A stretch of 63,399 nt of DNA, counting the filler, from Craspedostauros australis (taxonomy: Eukaryota): NCBI GenBank assembly GCA_030167865.1. It is 5 parts of 5 records of this genome, joined end to end, with 100 filler letters (N's around TTAATTAATTAA, not from the genome) between each part and the next. Parts side by side here need not be neighbours in the genome. Positions count along the whole stretch, not along the records: positions 1 to 22,924 come from JALAGF010002854.1; positions 23,025 to 33,443 come from JALAGF010002858.1; 3 more parts are not named here. One strand, 5' to 3'. Shown piece after piece: positions 19,053 to 30,430 of this stretch. Position 1 is the first letter of the stretch. Each line of letters begins with the position of its first letter. The translations under genes and the position numbers were made by a program. The notes beneath the pieces were generated by a model. It was not told where the DNA came from. It saw nothing but the letters and a program-made list of their open reading frames with translations, and did not search any database.

Positions 19053-22000
19053 TCAAAAACGTTTCCCGTGCATGCGAGACACCTGTAGGCGCTCCATATG
19101 GAGAGGTGTCTTCGCTTACCACAGCCTACGCGCACCAGCCTCCTTCCAAGCTGGTGCCATTCGTGGCCTGTACTGACATGACGCTGTTTGCAGCATCTAC
19201 TCGACAGGTATCACGACGTGCGTGGCGCCGACAAGACCATGGGCAGTGTGACCCTGGTGCCAATGTCTGTGCCACGCCGCACATCGACATGCTTCATGCC
19301 TATGAAGTCTTTGCGCAGCCCATCCTTCTCGAGGCTGCCAATGCTTCGGCCCCTGCTATGGCGTGTCCCGGCGCCGGCGTCATGCAATTGCATGGTACTC
19401 AGGACCGCAGCGTCTCTGTACGTATGCTCCACTGTCCACACTTGGCTGACACGCTTGTTTCGCCACAGGCTATCGTTGGGCAATCCGACAACAACTTCCA
19501 CGGTTTCTTCGTACACTCCACACCCCATGGAGCGCGAGTAGTCTTCACGTCCAGCGCTGGTGAGGTCGAGGTTCCCCTTGTGGTGCGTAATGGCCTGTAC
19601 TACTTCCAAGGCCCATCTCAGCGCGTGTTTTCCATTCGCAAGGCATCTGCCACACTCGTGTCGGAGCTCTGGCATCTCCGCCTTGGCCACGTTGGCATGA
19701 GTCAGCTTCCCTTGCTTGCCAAGTGTGCTACAGGTATACCGCCTGAGGCCATTGCAGCAGTGCACCCACTCCGGCACTGTGATGCGTGCAGCCAGGCTGG
19801 ATACCAACACGCGGCCCGAGGTCCCAATGATACTCAGACAGCCAACGTCCCTGGCGCAAGGTTCCATGTCGACTTTGGGTTCATGCGTGCGTCCAATGCG
19901 CAGTATGGGCTGAAGGGCAAGAGTCCGCGTGACTCGCGTGTGGTACGATCTGTGGATGGATACTGCGCATACCTTCTTGTGGTGGATGCGTACACGGCGT
20001 ACGTCTGGGTCTTCATGACCAAGGACAAGTCTCCACCCATCGTGGCTGTCTGGCAGGTCCTCACGTCATTTGGCCGGTCCAGTGGTTACAGAGCAGTCCG
20101 TGTTGATTTGGGTGGCGAACTGGCGCGCTCCGATCGATTCCGTGCCATGGTGATGGAGTGCGGTTACACAGTTGAGCCCACCGGAGCCGACTGCACCTGG
20201 ATGAACGGCAAGGTCGAGCGCCTTAACCGCACCTTTGGCACCATGGTGCGGGCGCTCTTGTACTCTGCCGGCATGCAACCACATTTCTGGTCCAAGGCAC
20301 TTGCACATGCCGTCTACCTGAAGAACCGGCTGTACCACTCAGGCATCCGCACCACTCCGTACGAGAGACAACATGGCGTCCAGCCTGATCTCTCTCACTT
20401 GCGCGTGTTTGGGTCTCGCGTTACGGTCAAGAAGCCTGGGAAGGCTGCTGCCAAGCTAGACGTGCACACCTACGATGGCATCTTCGTCGGGCACACCGCC
20501 ACACAGGCACTGCATGAGTACTTCGATCTCCGCACTGGCCGGTTCAAGCGCGCTGGGAACATTGTGTTCGACGAGGCACACTTCTCATCGACTCACCGGC
20601 CGCCTGGACCGCAGCTGCTCTTTGATCTGGGATTCCAGCAGCCAGTTGCGGTTGAGTGCGATGCCGCCCGTGTGGGGACTGCTTCATATCCTCGCATTGG
20701 GAAGAAGGCTTCTGCCATACCGCCACTCGCGTGCCGAGTGCCGCTCCCTCTTGGAGATCTGCTTGATCGTGCCATCCAGCATGCGTCTGCTGCGGCCTGC
20801 TCCACCACCGATGCGACACATACTGTGGATATTGACATGGCTGATGATCCCTTTGGGTACAGCTTCGACCAGACTGTCGCAATCGCTGGGACCGATGTCA
20901 CTTTGGGCTTCGACTTTCGGTACGACGCACAAAGAGATCGCCTCGTGCTCATCATGTGCCGGCCTGGGCAGCCTTCTGCACGGATACCAAGGTGGAGATC
21001 GCGTCTTCGGCACTCTCATCTGCAGACTGTTCATGGCCACGATGTGCACAACCTGGATCAGCTCAAGGCGTGCATCCGCAAGCTGCGCGACGACAAAGTC
21101 ACGTCTGCAGTGTTCACCTTCGCGTTTGACGACGTTCGCAACGCGCTCTCCCAGACTGGTGTCCCGCAGATGTACTTCGATCAACTTCGCAATGTGAGGG
21201 ACATCATCGAGTCCATCAGTCCTGTCGCACATGCCACCAGCGTCACTAGTGCGCCTGTGAAGCTCACTCGACGGAAGCTTCTACAGCAGGACGACTGGCC
21301 TGAGTGGAGTGCGGCTGAGTACAAGCAATTGGATCAGTATGATGCGCAACGGATGTTTGGAGAGCCCGTCGTGCCCCCTGCAGGAGCAGCTGTGTTCAAC
21401 TGGGTTTGGGTCTATGTGGTGAAAACCCATGAGAATAATCGCAAGAAGGCTCGCGCAGTGTGCGACGGATCCACTCGAGGCGGTCATGCACGCGTCTTCG
21501 GCCACACCTATGCCGCCACGCCCGACCTGACGGAGTTGCGCATTCTTCTTGCCATTGCGGCGATTCAAGGACTCAAAGTCTATGGCTCTGACGTCACCAA
21601 TGCATTTGCGGAAGCCCCAGCTGGCGAACAACGGTACTACATGCGTGTTGACGAGCAGTATCGCGCCTGGTGGGAAACTCGACGTGGTCAGCACATGCCC
21701 AGTGGCGCTGTCATCCCAGTCCTCAAGAACTTGCAAGGTCACCCCGAGGCACCCAGGTTGTGGAGTATTCATGTCAATGGACTACTTCGTGCGATGGACT
21801 TTCAGGCCACTACCCACGCGCCGTGTCTCTACACTGGGAGTATTCAAGGGCCCAAGGTGTACGTCCTGCGACAAGTGGATGACTTCGCGGTTGCGGCCAC
21901 CTCCGAGGGTGTTTTTGACACATTCTGCGATCGCCTGGACAAACGTCTGTTCCAGCCCATGACCAGGCAAGGCCTGATGGTACATTACAATGGGCTGGAT

Positions 22001-22924
22001 GTTGATCAAACCCAGGACTTTGTCAAGGTCCATTGCACTTCGTATATCGACAAGATGCTCGAGCGTCATGAGTGGCAAAACCTCAAAACTACGCAACGAC
22101 TGCCCATGCGATCGGACAACTCCTACGTCAAAAGTCTGGACAACGCGGTGCTCCCAGCAACTGATGCCGAACGCGCGAATGTGGCGAGTCAGTTTACCTT
22201 CCGGTATCGGCAAGCAATCGGTGAGCTTATCTGGGCAATGATCTCGTGCAGACCTGACATCTCTTTCCCGGTTGTGAAGCTCTCACAATTCTCTGCCAAT
22301 CCTGCTGCGCTTCATTTTGAGGGTGTCAAATATCTCATGCGATATGTCGCCGGTACTCGTGATCACGGTGTCACATATTGGAGGGTACAGCCTCTCGTGG
22401 ATATGCCACAGGCGCCCCGTCCCGCTCGACTCTCGCCTGCCGACGACGATGTACATGATGCTACTGGCATTCAACACCTCGACGCGTCAACGCTGTACGG
22501 CTACACTGATGCTGACTGGGGGGTTGACATTCGACATCGCCGGTCCGTCACTGGGATCATCTATCTCTTTGGAGGCGCTGCAGTGGCTTGGAAAACTCGT
22601 GTGCAGCCTACCGTGTCCATGAGCAGCACTGAGGCAGAATTCGTCGCTGCTAGCGATGCTGGCCGCATGGCCCTTTGGCTTCGTTCCATTCTTGATGAAG
22701 TTGGCGTGAGACAGCAGTACGCGACCATGATATTCGAGGACAACCGCGGCGCGCGGCTGATGGCTTCTGCCAGTCAGCCTACCCGGAACTCGCGTCACAT
22801 CGCGATCCGAGAGTTCGCAGTCCTTGATTGGGTTGAGCGGGATCTGCTCACCTACCCAGAGGTCGCCTCTGACCTAAACGCATCCGACATTTGCACGAAA
22901 CAGACGCCTGTGGCCCTGTACTTC
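19004..22924 (+). CDS. pol: Retrotransposon Pol (protease, integrase, PDZ-like insert, RT, RNase H); -1 frame relative to gag; 3'-partial
   Basis: CDPGAN; WHLRLGH..CDAC; HVDFGF, RVDLGGEL, NGKVER; KARAVCDG, DVTNAF, RQVDDF; YTDADW, EAEFVA, EDN, SDICTK. No stop codons in the frame. Confidence 0.93.
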
Positions 22925-23024
22925 NNNNNNNNNNNNNNNNNNNNNNNNNNNNNNNNNNNNNNNNNNNNTTAATTAATTAANNNNNNNNNNNNNNNNNNNN
23001 NNNNNNNNNNNNNNNNNNNNNNNN
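22925..23024. other. Artificial contig linker 44N-TTAATTAATTAA-44N
   Basis: Identical 100-bp structure occurs four times; the 12-mer gives stops in all six frames. Confidence 0.97.
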
Positions 23025-25419
23025 GCATCACCAATGGAACATGACATCTGGAGAGCAGAAGGACGCCTACTGACGTCGACAGGATGTCATCATGTCACCA
23101 CGTTGACATCTGTCTCCAAGTCAGAGCAGGAGGCGAAGATCCNATGACCCATGAAGATCATGGATACTGAAGGTGAACTTCAAATGGTAAGTACTCATGG
23201 AGTAGGAACCAGTACTGAACGAACGGAGTGTTGAATGCGGAGTACGCATCGAACACGGAGTATCGTGTAGCACGAGCACACGATGTTGAGAGAGAGAGAG
23301 AGAGAGGAGCGAGAGAGGATCTCGCGTACCGACTCATAGTCGGAGACTGAATCTACGAAACAGATTGAAGCGCTGAGAGCATCGGGCAAGACAACTGGTG
23401 TACACCAAGAGTATCGGAGTGCCAACGTAATGAAATAGCAAACAGACGACTATCAACCAACACCGTCTTCCACGATCGTAGGCTTCCGTGAGCGGAACTT
23501 GCCAACATGAATGTTCTGTGCTTTTCGGGGCATGTTCCCTGTGAAGGCCTGTTCTCAACCAGTTGATGAACCGTTTGTTGAGACTCAGGCAGAGAAAACT
23601 AGAGAGAAAGTAAACGATGTAAACTGATGGTGATTTGAATGGGCTGTGAATTGCAATCTGTGGTATTATGGTAGGAACACGTCAGCTGAAGAAGTCCAAG
23701 AAAAGTCAGCTTTGCAAAGCCATGGGAGAAGTCGCTTTTGGCAAGAACAAGTAACACAGCTCTTTCTCTTGAGATTGCAATTGATGCATATCTTGGGTAT
23801 GGAGATCTGATCAGAATCTTCTGATTCAGAACAAGGAAGAGCCGCGTTGTTCTTGTATAGACCTGCAATCTGATTGGTTGCATTGGCAGGCAGCAGAAGG
23901 ATGTAATGCACTTCCAAATGGAGGATTGGTTGCGTCAGAGCAAGCGATGATGATTGAGATGCAAGATCGAATCGTCGTGGACGCTCAGTGGATGTCTTAT
24001 CTTGCACCTCGCCTGGATTCACTATCCATTGTGTCCTTGTTGTGCGTTTCATCCAAATCAGTGAGTTCTGGTTTCATACGAACACAGTCAAATTGTTCGA
24101 ATCAGGACCCACGTGATTGAACTCGGAACCCCAATACAATGTTGGAGTTAGCATGTCCCAACTGAAGTCATTGTTTGCAAATTTCCTTCAGAAATTCTGC
24201 TCGTTTTTCTGTGTTCGATTTCGTGACGTGATTTTGGCAAATCACAGGTCACTATTGACACGGATATAGTTGTACCGTCCGTACATGAAGTACAAGAGAA
24301 TAGCGGGTGAACGATGCACATGCACATATGCACATCCTGAAAAACTATGAGGATCAGTGCAGAGCCATATCAACCTTGTGAACATCGTTTCTTCATCCTC
24401 CTACTCCAACTAACTGACTCATAATAAACATAAGTTGAGAGTAGTACAACACCATCACTCTATTCATCGTTGTCGTTACAACTCTATTCCAAACGCTCAT
24501 GCCTCACGCACTGCATCAAACGGTCTCTCTTTGACGCCGGCAGTCCACAAGGCCTCCCCTCCGGATTGTGTCGCCAACAGTGCATGAAACTCCAACTGAT
24601 GACATACATTGCGAAATGCCGACGGTTCTACCTGCTGACAGCACTAATGTGTAATTGGCCTCGTTGACCTGAACATCTCGAGCATGGTTATTCATACTGC
24701 GCAACTGCAACGACGACAATGCGAGTTGATTCGCACGCCTGGGAACATGTCCTTGTTGGAAGGTGCTTCGGCGGTGGTGTTGGCATTCCGGAGACACACT
24801 CCAACAACGTGAGGGGTCTTCGCCATGCTGTCGAAATATCATCTTGGGGATTCATGATGTGGCGGGACTGCGTCTGGCTTCGCTCTGGTTGGTCCTCTCG
24901 CGTGATCCGCACATCGGCGTCGTCGTCGATATCTCATAGTTCCCGCTCTTCTGCTCTCGTCTCCACCAGCTGCAGCTACCAATTTAGTCTCGCATGTCGC
25001 GACGCAACGAGGCTAGCGCAGACCGTCGGACCCCAAGGATTCACTACAATTGCAGAATTGATCGACGCAAGAGTACCTACAGATGAATAAGCATTCCAAG
25101 CGTATGCCATAAATGAAAAAGCAAATCTCCGGTTTAGTATTTTTCGAATGACCTCATAGTCCAAATCTCCTTCGTGATTACCAACATGCTCCGTCGTTTC
25201 GTATCTTCACAAAACGCTGCTGCGGTACTGCTGTTGTCGTCGTCAATCAATGCAAGTGGATTGTGAACCGACGGTTGCCGGAAGTGGTATGGTGTATCAT
25301 TTTCCCGCAGCAATAGTGCATCTCCTCTCTCTCTCTCTCTTTCTGTCTCTAGAGACAAAGTGTACGGGTGCGTGTCGTGCTATTCGTTGCAAATACCGTA
25401 CGCGTACTCTACTAATAAT

Positions 25420-26274
25420 TTACGCCGTGTGCTTGGTGATGGCAGCCTCGATGGCTTCAGCATTGGCACCGTTGACGACTTCCACCTTCTCACCACCCAC
25501 GAAGTAATGGAAGGATGGAACAGATCGCACGCCCTCTCTCTTCATCAATTTGGAAGCATCTGGTGATGCGTCGCCAATCACCTAATGATTGCAGTTTGAA
25601 AGCGAGCGAGATGATGCATGAGCAATGGCGGATTGTCGTCGTTGTTAATATTCCCAAATGTGAAGACAGCAACAGTGCAGTTCAGTGCGACATAATTCAG
25701 TTGGGTACATAATTGAAGGATCGGCAGAATAGTTGAGAAAGCGTGTAGAGAGCGGCAACAACCAATTGGATTTCGAGGGAACCGTGAGACGGAATGTAGC
25801 GCGATGAATGCAATTCACATTGAATTGGAGGACGGTGTGTCAGACTGTACGGAAAGCACATGTAATGCAATGCAATCCACTCCAGGCCGACACCACCAAC
25901 ACCAACGACAACAACAAGAGCGACAACGCCGATACCACGTTCGCTTTCCGTACCTTCAAAAAGACAGCGCCGGTGTACTTTTTTGAGAATTCTTCGAATT
26001 TGGGCGCGATGACTTTGCAAGGACCGCACCAGGTGGTGGAGTAATCGATGACGACCAAGGATTCGCCGGCATTCTGAATTGTCTTGTCGAATGCGGCCTC
26101 GCTGTCAATGTTGACGACGGCGTGCAACGGCGTGGTGCGCTGCTGTTGCTGCTGGTGGCATTGGTGCTGTGCTGCGCTGTGGAAGCGCACTGGCGCGAAT
26201 GCGTGGGTGGTGGTGGCCGAGAGCAGGCACAGCAGAACTGCCGATGTGATGGAAAGGATGCTGAACTTGGACAT
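25420..26274 (-). CDS. trxF: Plastid thioredoxin (f-type); exons 26274-25954 and 25581-25420
   Basis: Signal peptide + THA-FAP cleavage motif and WCGPC active site. Exon 2 (VIGDASPDASKLMKREGVRSVPSFHYF...KHTA*) is missed by the ORF track; GT-AG intron 25953-25582. Confidence 0.9.
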
Positions 26275-27204
26275 GGTGAAGATTTTTTGGGTTTTCGGAC
26301 TTCGGGTCTTTCGCTTGTTGCTTTCTCGTGCTTTACTGGTACGTTGCTTGTGTTGCTGAGACGCCTTGGCTTGTCTATTGAGTCGCTTGGTGTGGGTGTG
26401 ATGGGAGCGGGGGCGTTGTGTTGTGATGAAACTGTTGCTGTTGCTGTTGCTGCTGATTCTGCGCTGCTCTCTGTTTTGTTGGGATGTGTTTGGCATTTGG
26501 CATTTGGCATTTGGTATTTGGCAGGCGGCAGATTCACGAGCGACGACAGCATCGGCAACGACAAGAACGGCGTGGTGGTGGAATTGCGCCATTGTCGGCA
26601 TCACGACCGTGCAAACCGCGCCGTTGGCGCTTTCGTTGACACCTTCCTTCTGCTTCGTTGTCTGTCCGTCGGTTGCTGCCAGAAGATCGGAATCACATCG
26701 AATGAACTTGAACCCTCCTGCGTAGACGTCAGTACAGGGTGTACAGTGTGCCGATGACTTCCGTATCTTTGGAATTGATCACATGGACCCCAACCAGTTG
26801 GAAAAAGGTGCGCGAGTCTGGCAACGACACGTCAGGCTTTGTCTCCCAGTCGTGCACGAATACAAATACAAATGCAAATGTCGCACGTCTCATCGACAAA
26901 CTCCACACACCACCACGCATCATCCACTTCCTGCACATTCGCGAAGCCTCACCCAACACCTCACTTCTCGACCTTCGAATCTCGCATCTCACCTTTCATC
27001 ACAAGAGAGCGTCACTTTTGCACACAGCTGCGCTTTGCAAACTACATGACCTTCGCTATTCCTTGGGGGAGTCATCGTTGTTGTCACAATTGGCATCATC
27101 GTTGCAATTGACAGTCAGAAGCAGCTCCATCCTCGCACCACCAACACAGCCAACTGAAACAGGAACAACTGCAGCAACAACAGCAGCAACAACAGTCGCG
27201 AACC

Positions 27205-28882
27205 ATGAAGATCTCGGTCACATCATCCCTCTGCACCCTCCTCAGCTTCCTGGGTTCCCAATCCACATCGGTGGCATTCTCAGCAGCGCCTGCGTTGCGT
27301 CGCACCACGCAATTGCATGATGCAGCAGCAGCGAGCACCAAGGACACGCCCATCACATTGCCGGACTTCCAAGATGCTGCAGAATACCTCGAATACATGA
27401 GGCAGATCGCGGACTTGCCACAAGGATTTCAGGTGGGCACAGCCTCTGGGACCTTCGTGTCGCCCGAAGCACCAGCGATGGGAGACTTGCCCATTCGCGG
27501 CACCGTGATCTACATGCCGCAGGGTCCAACGGAGAATTGGGCGGCCGTCTTCACATCGAATCGGGTGAGTAGCGTTGGGGCAGAACGCCAGAGAATACTC
27601 TTGAGTGTGGAATGCAATGGAGTGCAGTATGCGACAACGCATTGCACCTTTTTGTCTGAAGGTCTTGATGTTCGCCTGTATACAGACAGCTGTCACCTAT
27701 CCATTCATTCACTCACCCACGCGCTGATGTCTCCATTCGTCTATCGTATTCAATCACTCCAAACCTTCCAACATGCAGTTCCCTGGTGCACCGGTCCTCG
27801 TTGGACGCCAACGACTGGCGGACGGTGGGCCATTGCAAGCAGTCGTCATCAACAACAAGGTCTCCAACGTCTGTCCCGGCAATGATGGCGTCGCAGCATC
27901 GGAACAAGTGTGCCAGGCCGTCGCAGACGGTCTCAACCTGGAATCATCTCAGCTGGTCCTGCCATCCTCCACCGGCGTCATTGGTTGGCGATTGCCATCG
28001 GAGGAATTATCAAACACCATCATCCCGAAAGCATTGCAGCAGTTTACAACTTCGGCATTGGATGCGGCAGAAGCCATCATGACGACGGACCGATTCCCCA
28101 AAATCCGCAGTCGCACGCTATCGAACGGCGCGCGCATCGTGGGCATCGCCAAAGGTGCCGGCATGATCGAACCCAACATGGCCACCATGCTGTCGTACAT
28201 CCTGACCGATGCCACCGTCTCCAAATCCGAACTGCAAACCATGTTGAAATCGTGCGTCGATGAATCCTTCAATGCCATGTCGGTCGACGGAGATGAATCC
28301 ACCAGCGATACCGTCGTCGTGATGGCATCGAATCACGTCGAAGCAGCGACGGATGCCGGCGAATTCAAAGAAGCGCTGATGGAAGTGTGCCAAGGTCTGG
28401 CGGCTGATATTGTGCGCAACGGGGAAGGCACATCGCACGTGATGCGCGTGAAGATCACCAACTTTCCTGGCACCATGGAACAGGCACGCTACCTGGGACG
28501 TCACATTGTCAATTCTCCGTTGTTCAAGTGCGCCGTGGCAGGCAATGACCCCAACACGGGCAGATTAGCCGGTGCCATCGGATCCTACATGGGCAAGTAC
28601 ATGCCAGGCGATGCCGATGTTTCCACCATGTCCCTGACGCTGGGTGGGCGCACCATCTTTCAGAATGAGAAGTTCGTGCTGGAAGGCGACGCCGTTGAGA
28701 AGGAGCTCGGCGCGCACATGGAAGCAGCGCAGTATGGAGATGCGACCGATTTCCCACCACATCAAAAATTCGTGGAGATCGGTGTGGACTTTGGATCTGC
28801 CGGTGGGGATGGTGCCATCACGGTGCTGGGTAGTGATCTGACAGGCGAGTATGTCGTCGTCAACGCGGATTATCGCAGCTAG
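27205..28882 (+). CDS. argJ: Glutamate N-acetyltransferase/ornithine acetyltransferase ArgJ, plastid-targeted; exons 27205-27564 and 27779-28882
   Basis: AAVFTSNR|FPGAPV, SSTGVIG, AIMTTD, AKGAGMIEPNMATML, VDGDESTSDT, NGEG and DPNTGR. Leader SVA-FSA; phase-0 intron. Confidence 0.93.
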
Positions 28883-29039
28883 AGCAATTGACGACAAACG
28901 AAGATGTACCATAATCACGCAATAGCTCTCGCAAGCATGATGGTGTATTGGCCCAAAATCCTCATACATATGTACCCGTACGCAAATATTGTCATACGAT
29001 ACTATCAATGCTCCTCGTACCGGTATTATCAGAACAGAT

Positions 29040-30430
29040 TCACTTCTTGAGTTTTGCCTTCATCATGATTTCCATCTTTTGCTTCGTTTCGGCCTTGATG
29101 ACTTGCTTCAGCAACCACACCAACTCCGAACGCGTTTCCTGCAGCTGTTCCACCTTGCCCTTCGCCAACTCGATGGATCCCTTCAGCCGCACGCTCTTGA
29201 GTTTCTTGTTGGATCTCTGCTGTTGTTGCTCTTGTTCCGCCTGCTGGTCTGCCTCTTCGCGTTCCTGCACACGCTTGCGTTTGCGATCTTCCTGTTCCTG
29301 ATTCCAACGTTGCAAGAATTCGGTGCGCAGCGCAGCCTTGCGATCTTCCCATTCCTTGGCGCGCTGCTGCTCATGGTGGTGCAGCAGATGCTGCTCGAAC
29401 TCTTGGTGCTTGCGTTGCGCCAGCTGCCGATGGTTGTCCCGCGCTTCTTGCAACACGCGCTCCTTCGTTGCCAACGCTGCGTCCAATCGATCCTGCGCTT
29501 GCTGGGCTTTGCGATGCAGTAGCTCCTGCTGTTCCTGATTGTACTGCAGCTTGGCGAAGGCATGCTTCAAGCGCTGGCGTGCGTTGACGGAGGATTGGGT
29601 GAGCTTCTGCTGCTGCTGCTTCAAGGCCGTCGCTTCGTCGATCGCTGCACGTGCCGCGGCAGCAGCCTCTTTCTTCAGCAGGGATTGCTGCTTCTGTCTC
29701 TGCTTGAGCTGCTGCTTGTCCTTCTTCTTATCGATTCGCTTCAGTCTCTTGGGTGGCACTGCCACCTTCACATGCCTATCCAGCAGGTATCTGCTGCCCG
29801 AATGGATGAAGTTCTGCACCACCTTCGATGTGGAGGCCCGCACTGAACGGATAGGAACGGAGAAGAAGCTGGCGTTGCCGGTCAACGAGAATGTTGATGC
29901 TGATGATGCTGACGATGCAGATGACTTGAGCGTCGTGGACTTTCCGCCACACAGCCAGGACGGTGGTGGGATCCACTCAGGAATGGACGGGACGGGGTTC
30001 GCACTGCCACTCGCACTTGCATTCGAGCTGGAGCTGTTTGCTTCTGAATTTGCGATTGAGGTTGAGTTCAACTCCAGACCTGGTTCTGCCGCTGCAGCAG
30101 CCTCGTGTCGCGAAGATCGCCCCGAAGCGCGGTCTGAATCATGGTCTGCAGAAGCAGCTGACATAGACAGAGCAGCAAGAGGCGCCGATGGAGTGTGGGC
30201 AGAAGCATTGGCACTGGCAGACGCGGACAGCGATGAGTTTGGAACAGGCGGAGCATAGCGGCTGTTTCCAATGCTGTTGTTCGTTGCCACGCTACTGAAC
30301 GAGGACCGTTCGGATGGTCTCTTGTCTGGCTTCGTGGAGATGCCTCCACTTTCATTGGCTGCAGGATCAGCACCCTGTCGATCAGCGGAACTTGTGCTGT
30401 TCCTCTTTTGTTGTTGTTGTTCTTGCGGCT
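29040..30430 (-). CDS. Coiled-coil, Q/K/E-rich hypothetical protein, 5' end apparently interrupted by the non-LTR element
   Basis: Long open frame with a coiled-coil C-terminus (…RSELVWLLKQVIKAE). Upstream of about 30430 the frame runs antisense through retroelement sequence. Confidence 0.65.

Larger units (their letters stand above)
17093..22924 (+). mobile_element. Ty1/copia LTR retrotransposon (diatom CoDi-like), 3' end cut by contig end
   Basis: Gag with zinc knuckle followed by Pol in copia order PR-IN-RT-RH. Putative 5' LTR and PBS upstream. The 5' boundary is inferred. Confidence 0.93.

Noticed and set aside
19106..19108. GTG start assigned to pol by the ORF track
   Set aside because: Eukaryotic context, and the frame is open from 18989; frameshift entry at 19004-19010 explains it better.
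22969..22980. Palindromic TTAATTAATTAA as a possible piggyBac site or regulatory motif
   Set aside because: Always centred in 44+44 Ns; an assembly linker.
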